The notes beneath the pieces were generated by a model that did no database searches, was not told the DNA's origin, and saw nothing but the letters and a program-made list of their open reading frames with translations. From Balamuthia mandrillaris (Eukaryota), in contig JAVKOQ020000005.1 of assembly GCA_031835245.2 (NCBI GenBank), positions 248,001 through 312,000 of the forward strand: DNA of 64,000 nt, in the 5' to 3' direction. Shown here piece after piece: positions 1-12,215 of this stretch (positions are counted from its first letter, which is position 1; each line of letters begins with the position of its first letter). The position numbers were made by a program, and so were the translations under genes.

Positions 1-641
1 GACAGATCTGCCTCACGTCCTGTCTGCTAAATGCTCTCTTGCTTCCGCTGTAGTTGTTTTTGTCGTGGTGGTCATCCTCGCCCTCTTCGTCCTTACTATT
101 GCTTCTCGTCCAGTAACGAATCTCCCCGCGGGAAGAGTTTTTGCCAAAGTCGAAGAAGGACCACAGACAATGCAAAGCAGCCTCGTAGACGGTTTCTTCC
201 TCTTCCTGCTCCCAACTATCGTACTCTAACGTGTCGACTTCTTCTTGTGGTGCACCACCTTTTGGTGAGCGCGGTGGCGGTTGCTGTTGTTTCTGAACTA
301 CAAAGCGGTTTGCCTTTGCTTTGTCTTGGTTAAGTTGGGAGTCTATTCTGGGTCGTCGGTTGAGGGCCACTTCGGTGGAGGCCAGCAGAAGGCCTACCGG
401 ATTGGTTTGTATGCGTGCCCTATTCTTGGCCGCTTCCCTGTGTGTTCATTCTTGTTAGGTCGCTATAGCACTCAGAGAAAGGAAAGAGAGAACGGAAAAA
501 CAAAACACCAACACACCATAACGAGTCTTTATGAGCCAACTCTTGAATTGTGAATTTGGAGGGAGGGTTAGCGGCTGCGCATCGCTGCTTGTTCACGCGC
601 AAGGTTTTGGCGGCGGTGGACCCCGCCGCAGAATCATTCAT
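1..641 (-). CDS. Hypothetical protein, 5' part (runs off the window)
   Basis: Frame MNDSAAGSTAAK..., then a probable intron, then a further open stretch (...EEEETVYEAALHCLWSFFDFG...) to the edge. No family recognised. Confidence 0.35.
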
Positions 642-935
642 CCTCCAGCTGCTCTGTTTTCCTTTTCGTCTGCGCATTACCAGCACACGTCATTCCAGAT
701 GATGACATCATCGATTATCATTTAATGGAATCATACTCAATCATAAAATCACATATCTATCTAAAGAAAATTTTAATAATATAGCTAATGATGGGCTATT
801 GGTTGTTAATCAACATATGTGCAATAAAACCGAACAACTCACTCCCAGTTTAAAATCTTTCCTGAGTTCTCTCAATTAGGATACAAAAAAAAGGACGAAG
901 AGAAGAGAGTCCCCTCCCTCTGTTGACGAGAAACG

Positions 936-1322
936 ATGGCAACGAAACACGATTTCAAGTGGAGGCTGCTGGTGATAGGCAACCCGGCAGTCGGCAAAAC
1001 CTCGCTGACCCTCCGCTTCGTGGAGGATAAGTATATAGAGGAGGGAGAGGTCACCCTTGGCGCCGAGGTCGTCGAAAAAATGGTAGACCTGAAGGGAGTT
1101 ACCGCTTTAGTTACCATCAAAGACACAAACGGGCAAGAGCGGTACGGCAACGTTACCTCTTCTTGTTACGTTGGTTTGTAACTCCTGCCTCTCCTCTCTC
1201 CTTCCTGTTTCTCTCTGCTCTCTCTCTCTCTCTCTCTGTCTCTGTCTCTGTCTCTGTCTCTGTCTCTGTCTCTGTCTCTGTCTCTGTCTCTGTCTCTGTC
1301 TCTGTCTCTGTCTCTCTCTGTC

Positions 1323-1372
<50 letters not shown>

Positions 1373-1802
1373 TAGAACCAAAACAAACCATAATGACCGA
1401 TATACATGACAAAAAAAAGGAGTACACGGCATAATGGTAGTGTACGATATAACGGACGAACAGTCCTTCGTGGACCTGAAGCAATGGATGAGAGAGGTGG
1501 AGCGCTACGCCTCCGACAGCTGCAAAGTGATGGTGGTGGGCAACAAGCTGGACCGCGACGCCGCGGAGGAGCGTGTCATAGAGCTTAGCCACGCCCTCGA
1601 GACGGCGCGGCAGGCGCAAGTCAATTGCACTGTCATGGAGGCCTCCGCCAAGACCGGCGAGGGCGTTCAGGAGGCCTTCCTTGCGTTGTGCCAGGACATC
1701 AAGAAGGATGCCTTGGCGAGACGAGCGGCCTCCTCTGCTGAAATCGAGATACCCGATCGGAACAAAAAACAGGGGAAGAAGAAGAATTGCTTGGTTTCGT
1801 GA
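936..1802 (+). CDS. Rab-family small GTPase (divergent, Rab1/8-like), 2 exons
   Basis: G1 GNPAVGKT, G3 DTNGQE, G4 GNKLD, G5 EASAK, C-terminal CLVS CaaX. A (CT)n intron at ~1174-1419 joins CYVG/VHGIMVVYD. Confidence 0.92.
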
Positions 1803-1939
1803 CGGTGGATGAGGGAATGTGCATGGATTCGGTTTTGTGGTGTACGCTTGTAGGAGTAGAGGAATGGGGAGGAAGGAATAGCTGTGGGCGGGTGATGAGA
1901 GTGGAGCCGGCAACAGTTTTGATTTGTTTTTGTTGTTCT

Positions 1940-1986
<47 letters not shown>

Positions 1987-2050
1987 CAAAAGACAAAGTA
2001 ACTTATTTAACACGACTAGGACAAAAAGACTCTTCTTCTTGCGTCTTTGA

Positions 2051-3766
2051 CTATAGCCCTTCATCCTCCTCTCTGTCATTTTGTTTGAAATGAAGGTGAG
2101 AGCCGGAAACAGAAAAGAAAAGAAGCAAAACTTACCGCAACAGCGAAGTTCGCTCAAAGTTGGTAGAGGCGGATGAACTGAAAGACACAGGCCAGTTCCC
2201 TGCCAATAGGATCCAAACATACACGTTGTACATGGTGGTATAGTACATGAATCCTACGCCTTTCGTTCACAGTTGAAATCGTCAGTGTCACAAATTGCAA
2301 CGGAACAAGAGAGCGAGGAGAGGAGAGCAGAGAGCACAGAACAAGAAGCAGAAGCGGGGCAAGAAAAAGAACTAGAAGAACAAGAAGGACAAGAAGGACA
2401 AGATCAAAGAGCATCGGATAGGGAAAAGGTACTTTCTCTATTGAAGGGACCCAAACTGCCAGTAAATATGCCAATGACAACGGACATGATACATACAAGG
2501 GTGGGCACTCCAAAATAGAGAAAACGAAGCAACGTATTCCGCTGCGACGCCACAATTGGAACAGTTAGAGCCACCAATATGATCAGCCACAATACAATTG
2601 CACCTGAACATAGAAGTAAGCATTGGGCACAGAGAAAGCATAGAGATAGCATAACGAGACAAAGGTACCATATAGACAGGAAGTTAAATAAAAGATGGCA
2701 AAGAGGCCCATTGTATTATCACGAGTACCATAAACAGGATCTTCACCCGCTCTTATCCTATATTTTGCTAACAATATTAGAGATAGCAGAGAACAAAACA
2801 GGGAGCTTTTGTACCTGACCCATCCAATAAAGCTGATAGAAAAGAACCAGTAAAACAAGACCACGATGAGCTTTGGCACCAAAAGGGAAATCTTGCCTTC
2901 TGGCTGTAGCGCTGGTCAGGTTAAAACAAACTTTGGACGAGCAAAAGCAGAACGATGACGAAGACAAGGAGTAAGAACAAGAAAATAAATTTTTACGCAC
3001 GTCTCTAAACCGGTCCAACATAAACAACCAGTAAAGGAGGACGCCTGCCAAAAATGTAGACTCTAGTATTGATCCAAAAAACTGCAAGGCCCATCCCCTT
3101 ACCACGAATTCAAATGGGAAGAAAGGGTCTACACCAAGTTATTAGCAAATGCAAAGAGACAAAGGAAGAGAAGGGAGAGATACTATTGTATAAGAAGAGT
3201 CCAATAAGAAGCGCGAGTAGGGCTTTGTGCTCAAAGGACCAACTTGACCATTTCTCCTTGCGCATTCTGAGGAAGAAGAAAAATAGCAAGATGAGTGCGA
3301 TAACCTGAAAGGTGGATCTGACCGCAAGCTCTTCTTCGCTGTATGGTCTGCTGTACCGCAACAACTTTGAAAATGAAAAAAGAAATAGCAAATTATCATC
3401 TACCACTTACTCGTGTGATGTTAAAAGGAAAAGCGACACGTACCGAGAAAACCATATCACCAACAAAGGGTTTTCCCTCCGAGTCCGGCAATGACACTTC
3501 AATGTGATAATACTGATACTCCAGTGATTGAACGTCCACCAACATATATGAGCTGCACCGTCCATCTGAGCGCACGCAAGTCAGGTAGGATTCGTGGATA
3601 TCTTTACTGACGATGGAGTGCTCCTTGTTGGGTTCATCGCTGCCCCACAATGATACCGATACTTTGAGGTTCTTATGTTTCAAGGCTAAATGTTGCCTGG
3701 TCAGAAGGATATGGAACAACACAGGCAAACAACAAAGAGAGATGCGATTGGAGAGAGGGAGAGGGA

Positions 3767-3813
<47 letters not shown>

Positions 3814-4498
3814 ACTGCTCTTACTTTGTGTGTCATTTTGGTGAGGAGTAACCTCTAAAATCCACAGTTTGTTGAGGGCACTAAATTTTGGAAAGGTCTG
3901 CGTCCATTTGGTATTTGGCTGCATAATGATAAGACATTGAGACAAGAAATAAAAAGGAAGAGAGAGAGAGAGAGAGAGAGAGAGGAGAAAGATTCGATCA
4001 AAATAACGGGCAAGCAGAACAAGAGCATAACGAAGAAGAACTGAGAACAAGAAGAGACATGGCTCATGTCTCAAAACAAGTAGAATGAGGAAGAACGAAG
4101 AATAAAAACTAAACAGAAAGCACAAAAGTAGAACGTTACTTGTGAAAGCTGCACACCAGTACATGCAGTGTCGTTCCATGCATGCGGCTTGCAACCAGGA
4201 TAGTCCCTCGGTGGAACACAACAAGAATAAGCAGAGTAGGTGTGCGTCTCATAGGCGCTGGGACCTTATTATTGAGCAAAATGATGCGTTGACGACAAAC
4301 CAGCCAAGCAAGGGTCAAGACTCTCCCAAATTCGTGTAAACACGTGACATGAAAAACAAAAGGTAGGATGGAAGGAAGAAACGTACCAACATAGCCAACC
4401 ACGAGAGCCACGATGAGGAGGCCCACGGCCCCCAACAGAAGGAGTGACAACAGCTTTACTGCCCTTTCGGGGATCTCTTCCACAACGGTGACTTGCAT
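2051..4498 (-). CDS. TMEM181: TMEM181/GPR178 (Wntless-like) multi-pass membrane protein, multi-exon
   Basis: Exon peptides WSSWSFEHKALLALLIGLFLYN, FFGSILESTFLAGVLLYWLFMLDRF, PKLIVVLFYW, GFMYYTTMYNVYVWILL. Ends inferred from splice signals. Confidence 0.75.
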
Positions 4499-4794
4499 TT
4501 TGCACAGAGGGTGCCCAGGCCACCACCTGCCAAAAAAAAAATGTAGCGGTGGGTAGCAGCAGCAGCAGCAGCACAAGTCGCCAAAGGGGTCTTCTTCTTC
4601 TCGCTCCAAAAAACAAACTCTTCCTTGCCCCACCCCCGTTTTTTGATTATTATTTCTGCCTGAGGAGCCGAAGAGGATTGCTGCTGATGTCACCAATAGA
4701 TCACTGCATGATCTGCGAAATCAAAAAAATTTAGCAGCTTTCGAAGAAGTTGTTCTGCTTTGTTTGTTTTTTTTTTTTTAAAAAGAAAACAGGT

Positions 4795-7262
4795 ATGTAC
4801 TACCGACAGCGAGGTTTTGGCAGGTCAGGAAGGGGTGGTGGTGGCTGCTCGCCCACGAAACGTCAAAAATACAACGGCCGAAAGTCCGGCGCTACATCCT
4901 ACGAGCAGCAACAGCAACAGCATTACGACTACTGGCAGTTGTTGCCGGTGGAATTGCGGCTGTTGATACTGCATTACAGCACGCCGCCGGACAGGAGAGG
5001 CGTCCTTCACCTTGTTTCCAAGGAGTGGGACCAGCTGCTATGCAGAGAACGGACCGGGTTGCTGCTTCATGTCAAAAGGCATGTTGCTCCCTCTCCTCCT
5101 GAAGCCGGGAACAAGGAAGATGAGGAGGATGGAGAGACTATCATCAGTACAACAAAGCAAACAAAGAGAAAGTCGCACCCACCAAAAGGTTAACGCTCTT
5201 GCTATACCTTCACTCTCGCGTTATGTCTGCCAAACCTTTCGATACTATCCACTGTTTCTCAAAACATAGATCCGCTGGAGGAAGAGTTGGAGGGCATGAC
5301 CACCGAAGAACTTAAAGCGTTGATAGAGGAGCAGGTATGCAGTCCTACTATTTGCTCACGTTTTGTCTACTGACAACACATCCGTATCAGTATAACAATT
5401 ATGCACAAACGAAAACCCCACAAAGGAAGAATTGCTAAGTTACCATGTGGTGCAGCCTCAACTGGCTGCAGTGGTAAGCGGGGTGCTGACCAAGAGTCCA
5501 AGACTCACGCACCTCAAGATCACAGGTCTGCTCAACCACCGCGAACTGAGCGCCATCTTTGCTGCTGTGCAAGCCTTGCAGCACTTCCACCAGCAGCCGC
5601 ATAGTGACAGTGATGCAGTTGACGTTCAGCTGCCCTTCCGCCTTCAGCATTTGGACCTCTCTCAGGTCTGTGATCCAGCCCTCGATAAAGTCGAGTTTTT
5701 CAGCAGCACGGAGAGTCTAGAGATGATTCCTTCCACGTTTCCATTGCTCAAATCGTTGGATCTTGGCGGCGTGATGGCTTATGACTACCACTACTGGCCC
5801 AACTACAACACTACCACTGTGGATGCCACTGTAGCTCCCACAACAACAGCAGGATGGAGCGCTGGGTTCTCAAATGTGGGTTGGGTTAATCTGGATTCGA
5901 TGCTCGTGCGCTTTTTTGGTGACGATGAAACGTCGTCATTGTCGTTCGTCCCGTTTCCTTTGGAACGTCTTCGAGTGAGCAATGCTAGGCTCTCGCATCA
6001 AGGCGCCACCGCGTTGCATCGCGCTGCGGACCTGCAGTCCCTTCACCTCAGGTCTCTCGCCTTTGATGCGGTGCGTTCCATTTTTCTTTTTAAACGTCTG
6101 TAATGCTACCCTGACACATCAACCTAAAAGGGAGTGAACGTGGAGGAATGGTTCAGCTTGCTCCTGGACAAGCTTGTCCATCTTCAGCATTTGGGCCTAG
6201 CCGATTCTCAGCAATTTGGGGAGTTGCTGCTGGCTGGCTCCTCCAATTACAAAGCGGCGTGTTGTAGATTGAAAGGATTGGATGTGTCTGGGTGCCCATT
6301 GACCCCCTCTTCGGTGCTCAACCTCACCACTGCGAACTTTGCTTGTTTACAAGAGTTGAACCTCTCACAAGTTTCTCTTTCGAACCTTCAAATGCTTTTT
6401 GTTGCGCATCATTTGCCGCGTCTGCAAGATCTTTCTCTGGGTTTGTTGCACATTCTTTGTCATTTTTAAAACAAAATCGGCATCGTCTTCTCCTTACTCT
6501 TAACAATGTGTCTGCTTCAGGATCCAGCCATAAGATGGGGCATTGCTGCTTTAGTTTGCTTCGATGCTTACCTCGTCTTCATCGCCTAAAGTTGGTTTAC
6601 TTCACGCTGGATCCCACCCGCTCTACCATTGTGTTGACCAACCTCAGCGAACGAACGGCTACACCGCTGATCGAAAGGCACAAGACTTGGCTTCACTCCA
6701 CGTTGAAGCGTTCCTCTCTTCAATCTTCCACTACCAATACCAACATAGCTGAAGTGAAGCACGATGACCAAACTCCACTGCTATTGGAGTTTCACGAGCC
6801 ACATCAAGCTAGTCGTATCATACAAGAACTGAACGGTAAGCGTTTGGAGGGGGCAGATGGCCCCGTAGATGTGGAGATGGAATTCTTTCTGTTGGATAGT
6901 GGTAAGAACGACGGTGCAGGCGGTGATATTAGTAGCTGCTTACACGAGCTGAAGCTTGAGGCCTGCAAAGATTTTCGTGCAGCTCCTCTGTTGGAGCTTG
7001 CTGCATTGGCTCCACTCCTCCGGTTTGTGTGTGTGTGTGTGTGTGTGTGTTTTTTTTTTTTTTCATTTTTGCTCGTTTTGGCTGTTTCGTTGACGTATGC
7101 GCGAATAGGAAGTTGACGATAAAGAAGAGTTGGGTAACGGAGCAGGCTCTGCACGCCTTCACCAAACATCTTCCATCTTTGCAAAAGCTGGACGTACGTC
7201 CCTCTTCTTCGTTTGGAGGCGCTCATATCATCATTGCAGAAGAAGCAGAACAAGATCTGTAG
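4795..7262 (+). CDS. F-box/leucine-rich-repeat protein, multi-exon
   Basis: F-box WQLLPVELRLLILHY...LVSKEW. LRR units LQHLDLS, LKSLDLG, LKGLDVSGC, LQELNLS, LQKLDV. Confidence 0.8.
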
Positions 7263-7445
7263 AACTCAGTGAAATGGGAAGAGCTATCATGAGATGCAAT
7301 AAAACCAGGTTTATAAAGCGGAGTGCATACATGCATATATGTACAAAGGAATAACAGCAGAATCAGCAGCAAAAAGCAACTATCGCAGCAACATCCTCGT
7401 CATCTTCAATACGTCTGTGACACCATAAACTATCAACGCTATCAA

Positions 7446-8651
7446 CTAAGAACTGAGCCTAGCTCGTTTCTTTTTGTGGGAACGTTTGGTGGTAGATCTG
7501 TCACTGCTGCGTGACTTTGACGTAGGGGCACCTCTCTTCTTAGCGCTGGTCCTGCTGGACTTTTTCTTTTTCTTCTTGGCGGAGGACGACGACGAGGAAG
7601 CAATAGGAGGGACCGCAGAAGTGGAAGAAGTGCTACCACGTCGATAAGAGCGAGGCTTCATGAACCTTAAACCGTATCCCAGGTCGAAGGCTGCGTTGTT
7701 GCCATCGCCTTCCGTTCGCATTTGTTCCGTTGGCCTTTCTGGGCTTGCTGGGGCGATGTGTTGTCCTTCTTGCTGTGGTTGTTCAGTTGTCGTGGATGAA
7801 GTCGCAGCGGGGGTTGCATCAGTGTTAGTTCGTGTGGATGAGGAAGGAGATGGTATAAGAGGTGAAGGCGAGAAGTTTGTTGAGCCGTTTTGATGGTGGT
7901 GAAGGGAAGTGTTGCTCGCCCTGTTGGTGATGGCGGCAGCAGCTGTGGGCATGCGGGGAGGAGCGGAAGCTGCAGAGTTGCTGCTGATAACCCTTAGTAT
8001 CTCTCCGGCGGTGACTCTTGGCACTTCTCTGGTGGTGTTTGCCTCATATGAGCTGCTGTTGGACCCCTTTTTGGCTTTTCTGGCTCCGTTTCGTCTGCAG
8101 GACTTGGCAGCTCGTGGGCCGTCCTCCCCTTCGTCCTTGCTGCTGTGTTCCTCGTCCCGCCACCGCACTCCCAACCGTTCAATCAGGGAGTCGATATCGT
8201 TGTTGTTCAGAGCGTGCCGTGCGGCCGCCTCCTCGTTCAAACGCTGCAGCACGCTTTGCATGGAATGCGTGGGGAAGGAGGAGAAATTGGGGGGAGTGGA
8301 GGAAGAAGTGGCGGCGGTGGAAGAGGCTGGTTTGGAAGAGGAGGAGATGGTTGCGTCGGATATGATGCTATGTAGCTTAGGAGGACCCTGGGAGAGCGGG
8401 GGGGCAAAGGGAGAGTGCATAGGGAGCAACTTGGCGGCCTGCCGTTTGTATTCTTCCAACTCTTCTCCAACCAGCGCAAATTCCAGTCCATCCTTCGAGG
8501 GGGCTTGAGGAGGTTCCATCGTATGCTCCACTGTCTGTCCTTGTTCGTCTCGTTCCGCATTCGCTTCCTGGCGTAGGGCTGCACTACTGCCCTTGGGAGT
8601 AGGGCCTTCCACGCCACTCACTGACCGTTCGTCCATCATGGAGTGGCTCAT
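7446..8651 (-). CDS. Intronless S/T/P-rich hypothetical protein with LGxGLxF motif and basic tail
   Basis: 401-codon ORF from ATG 8651, motif FDLGYGLRFMKP, poly-K C-terminus. Confidence 0.65.
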   Translation of the reverse strand: MSHSMMDERSVSGVEGPTPKGSSAALRQEANAERDEQGQTVEHTMEPPQAPSKDGLEFALVGEELEEYKRQAAKLLPMHSPFAPPLSQGPPKLHSIISDATISSSSKPASSTAATSSSTPPNFSSFPTHSMQSVLQRLNEEAAARHALNNNDIDSLIERLGVRWRDEEHSSKDEGEDGPRAAKSCRRNGARKAKKGSNSSSYEANTTREVPRVTAGEILRVISSNSAASAPPRMPTAAAAITNRASNTSLHHHQNGSTNFSPSPLIPSPSSSTRTNTDATPAATSSTTTEQPQQEGQHIAPASPERPTEQMRTEGDGNNAAFDLGYGLRFMKPRSYRRGSTSSTSAVPPIASSSSSSAKKKKKKSSRTSAKKRGAPTSKSRSSDRSTTKRSHKKKRARLSS

Positions 8652-9822
8652 ATTGCAACAGAGGGAGAAACTCCTCTTCGATGATGCTCCCCCAACGAAC
8701 TTTCTCCTTCTAAGGCCAACTAACCGCAAAGGGCTTGTGCTCAAGTCAGTATTGGGTCTTCAGGAAGAGCAGTGACAGCCTTGTGACGTGGAAGCTCAGC
8801 GCTGAGGGAGAAAGACAGGAGAGGAGAGAAGGAGAGAGGGGTATGCTCCCTCAGTCACTGCCCGACTTGCAGGCGGGGGGAGGAGAGGGAGGATAGCGCT
8901 GGCCTCCCTTTTGCTGGCTGGTGGCGATGCTGTTTCTATGGAGTTTCCATCTACTTTCTGGCTGATTTCCTGCTGTGCCCTTTATTTGTTTGAGCTGGTT
9001 TTAATTATTGCTGATCTTGGATCTCAAGATCAATATTCTCCGCCCCCTCGTGCTACCTCATTTTAAGGCATAATTAATTAACAATGAAAATGAATTGTAT
9101 TTTTCCTCATATGAGAATAAAATCCTTTTCTTTCTGCTGTTTTTCTGCCTAGTTCCTGTGTTTTTTCTGACAGTGAGGCAACGAACGATTCGTCTCATCT
9201 CTCCTCTAATACAATGCCTCTTGGTAACGGCAGATGATTCCTTAAAAACAGAAAAAAAACGAAGGGCAGAGAAACAGCTCCAGATTTCTTATCGAAAACT
9301 GCGGGAAAACATATCAAGCTAATATATTGGGCGTCCATTTTATCCAAAACAAGGCCGCGAATCGCACAGAGCAAGAGGAAAGATTGATGTTTCCAGGCCT
9401 GTTTTTCCTTGTAAATCTCAGCGCGGCCTTTTTTTGGAAGAGATCGCCGGTCCTGCTTCCTTTCTTTTCTTCCATCATTCCTCCGCAGTCAGCGGTAACG
9501 GGGGCCGCGCACCTGAAACATGAGAAGGAAAAAAGAATGAGTAACGCTACGCGGAGGGCGTATAAAAAAGAAAAGGCAAAGAATCCAGTGAGCAAATTCA
9601 CACTCAAAACGAACAAACAAACCAAAAAGAACAAAACCTCCCCCATACAACTCCCCCCTCTCCCTACAACTTTCTCTCTCTGACAAGTTTGTCACTTGGC
9701 CAAGCCCTCCTCCACCGTTCCGGCTGCTGCACCCCCACCCCCTCCCCCTCTGAACCTGAACCTGCATCAGCTCAACCCACCCCAACCCAGACAACTTTGA
9801 CAGCACGACCACCGCCAAGATA

Positions 9823-11400
9823 ATGGAGTTCCTGCAGTACGACCACGGCCATGAGTTCACGCAGAGCTACGCCTACCCCGTGCCTACTGCTCAGCAGGAG
9901 CCGGTCCCCAACTACTTTTGCGAGCAGGCGCCTCTCCAGAGTTCTCAACCACCACACTACGAAGAGAACGGTCACTGGTCTGCCGAGCTTTCTTCGCACT
10001 GGAACGGAGCCTACCAACAACAGCAGCACTCTGAAGTGGACTATTTCCAGTCCGGTGCCTCTGGTGAGGAGAGCATGGTCGCCAACGAGTGTGCTGGTAA
10101 CCAACAAGACCCTTCCTTCGACTGGCTGGCCCTTCTCCAAAACGACGTAGCCACTGCTGCCGACCACCAGCAAAATCCATACTACGATGGAGTGACCGCT
10201 CCTGCTTACGGTACGGAAGGCGGCACCACCGATCACGTCGAGGGCTTCTACAATGACAACCTTGGTCACCTTCCCTTTACTGAGGCCCTTTCTGATAGTT
10301 CTTTCTTCCCAGTTGCCGATTCTTCTTCCTCTCACAGTCCCGACAGCGAGCCTGTGGAAACCCGCTTCCCTTCCTTTGACTTTGTTCCTCTTCCTCCCTC
10401 CGCCGCCATCACCAGCGACAGCAGCTATGGCACAGAGTCTGTATCAGACTTCGGCAACAGCCTTGAGGATAGCCTCACTTCATTGCTGTCAGTGGAGTCC
10501 AGCGCTATGCCTTCCTCTTGCATCGCTGAACAACCCTTCGACTGGAGCCCTTACACCTCCTCCACCACGGTCCCTACCCGAGCGGTTGTTGGTGATTTGG
10601 ATGCCGACCTCATGAGTTCTCCCACCCACTCCTCCTGTGCCTCTCCCATGTCTGGAGCCTCACCTGCTTCCTCCCCCGTGCCCTTCTACAGCCAGAACCC
10701 GTCTCCTGGCAACTCCCCTTCGGCCTCTCCTGCCAACTCTCCCCGCAAGGATACTTCCTCCAACAACGCCTCCGAAAAGCCTCGTAAGAGGGCAAGGGAC
10801 AACAACGCTAATTCCCCATCAAGCCCATCCTCCTCTCCATCTACCACTCGTCCTCGTTCCAACTCCGACCCGTCTCCTCCCCAATCACCTCAGAAGAAGG
10901 GCGCTCAACAACAAAAGAAGAAATGGACTTTTGTTTTGCACCACGAGGAAGAGTGGATGGGCAGCTCCTACAGAGGTCTTGATAAGCCCTCTTTCGACTC
11001 AGATTCCGCTGAGGCCATGGAACAGAAGCTCCAAAGCGTGCTGCGCAGCCGGGCACTCCTCGAGCAGTTCATGCAGGGCAAGAATATGGGCTCCACCTCA
11101 TCGGAGGACAAGCCTGAGGACTCCCTCCGCTCCTTGGCCAAGCAGCTCTCCCCTCCTTGCGTTGCTCCATCTCCAGCTGCTGCTACCCCCGCTCCAGATT
11201 CCCCCACTCCCACTGCCAGTAACACTGCCAGCGGCCAGCTTGACCCTGCTCTCGCTCTTGGCTCTGGCTTACAGTTCTTGCGACGACCCAAGGCAACTTC
11301 TCCTGCTGCCACTCCAGCAAAGGCCACAACTGGCAGCAACAACAGGAGGAACAAAGCCGCTGGTGGTGACCCCAAGTCTCTCAAGAGGAAGAGAAACTAA
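9823..11400 (+). CDS. Intronless hypothetical protein, acidic N-half, SP-rich, LGxGLxF motif
   Basis: 525-aa ORF with coding-like codon usage, KPRKRAR and KRKRN basic clusters, motif LALGSGLQFLRRP. Confidence 0.8.
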   Translation: MEFLQYDHGHEFTQSYAYPVPTAQQEPVPNYFCEQAPLQSSQPPHYEENGHWSAELSSHWNGAYQQQQHSEVDYFQSGASGEESMVANECAGNQQDPSFDWLALLQNDVATAADHQQNPYYDGVTAPAYGTEGGTTDHVEGFYNDNLGHLPFTEALSDSSFFPVADSSSSHSPDSEPVETRFPSFDFVPLPPSAAITSDSSYGTESVSDFGNSLEDSLTSLLSVESSAMPSSCIAEQPFDWSPYTSSTTVPTRAVVGDLDADLMSSPTHSSCASPMSGASPASSPVPFYSQNPSPGNSPSASPANSPRKDTSSNNASEKPRKRARDNNANSPSSPSSSPSTTRPRSNSDPSPPQSPQKKGAQQQKKKWTFVLHHEEEWMGSSYRGLDKPSFDSDSAEAMEQKLQSVLRSRALLEQFMQGKNMGSTSSEDKPEDSLRSLAKQLSPPCVAPSPAAATPAPDSPTPTASNTASGQLDPALALGSGLQFLRRPKATSPAATPAKATTGSNNRRNKAAGGDPKSLKRKRN

Positions 11401-11716
11401 GGAGTGAAGTCCTTGCCTTGGCATCGTCTGCCTACCTTAAAATCTGAGCAAGAGTGCTACTTTTCCGTCCTACACCTCCATCACCAACACTTACAGCGAG
11501 AGGCCTGTTCTTGTTTTTACCTGTTTGTTTGTTCGATTTTTTTTTCTTTGTGATTGGATGCCAGCAAACCTTGAGCTGGCCCCTGACTTTGGATAGTATT
11601 TTAGCTGTACTTTACGAATTATCGTTTGGACTTTGTTTTTCCATGTCTAGCTAGGCTTAACATGTATTTTTACTTTTTGTTTTGATGAACAAGAAAAAAG
11701 TTTTCGAAAACCCGAT

Positions 11717-11789
<73 letters not shown>

Positions 11790-12215
11790 GCTTATGCCGT
11801 TCCTTTTCCTTATCCAAGTGAGCGATTTCCGATATTGAAAGGCCTCCTATTCATTCATTTGGGGGGTGCAATCCTTCGGCGATCCGGGATTTTTGATTTT
11901 CCATCAGTTTTCTGCCCTCCTAAACGTCAGAAAAGGAAAAGTTTTGACAGATGGGCCAATGACACGGGGCTACGCCTTCCCTAAACTGTCAGTATGTAAT
12001 CAACGTGACAGATCAACCAATGACCAATAACTTGTATTACCGGTATCGTAGCTCGTCGCCGCAGTCCAGCTTTTTTGGAAGGGTTCACAACAGAACTCCC
12101 CATAAGGTGGAATATCTTGCGCCGCCTTGTTTTGTTTGTTTGTTTTTTTTTTTTTCTTACGCGGCCAGGAAACGAAGGGAGAAGCGAGGCTGCCACCAAC
12201 GCCCAACTTTTTTAG

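Noticed and set aside
1163..1434. ORFs with SVSV/RDRD/LCLC repeats
   Set aside because: Translations of an intronic (CT)n/(CTCTGT)n microsatellite in the Rab gene.
7909..8508. 199-aa + strand ORF and similar antisense ORFs across the window
   Set aside because: Shadows of real genes or LINE ORFs on the opposite strand, with no independent motifs.
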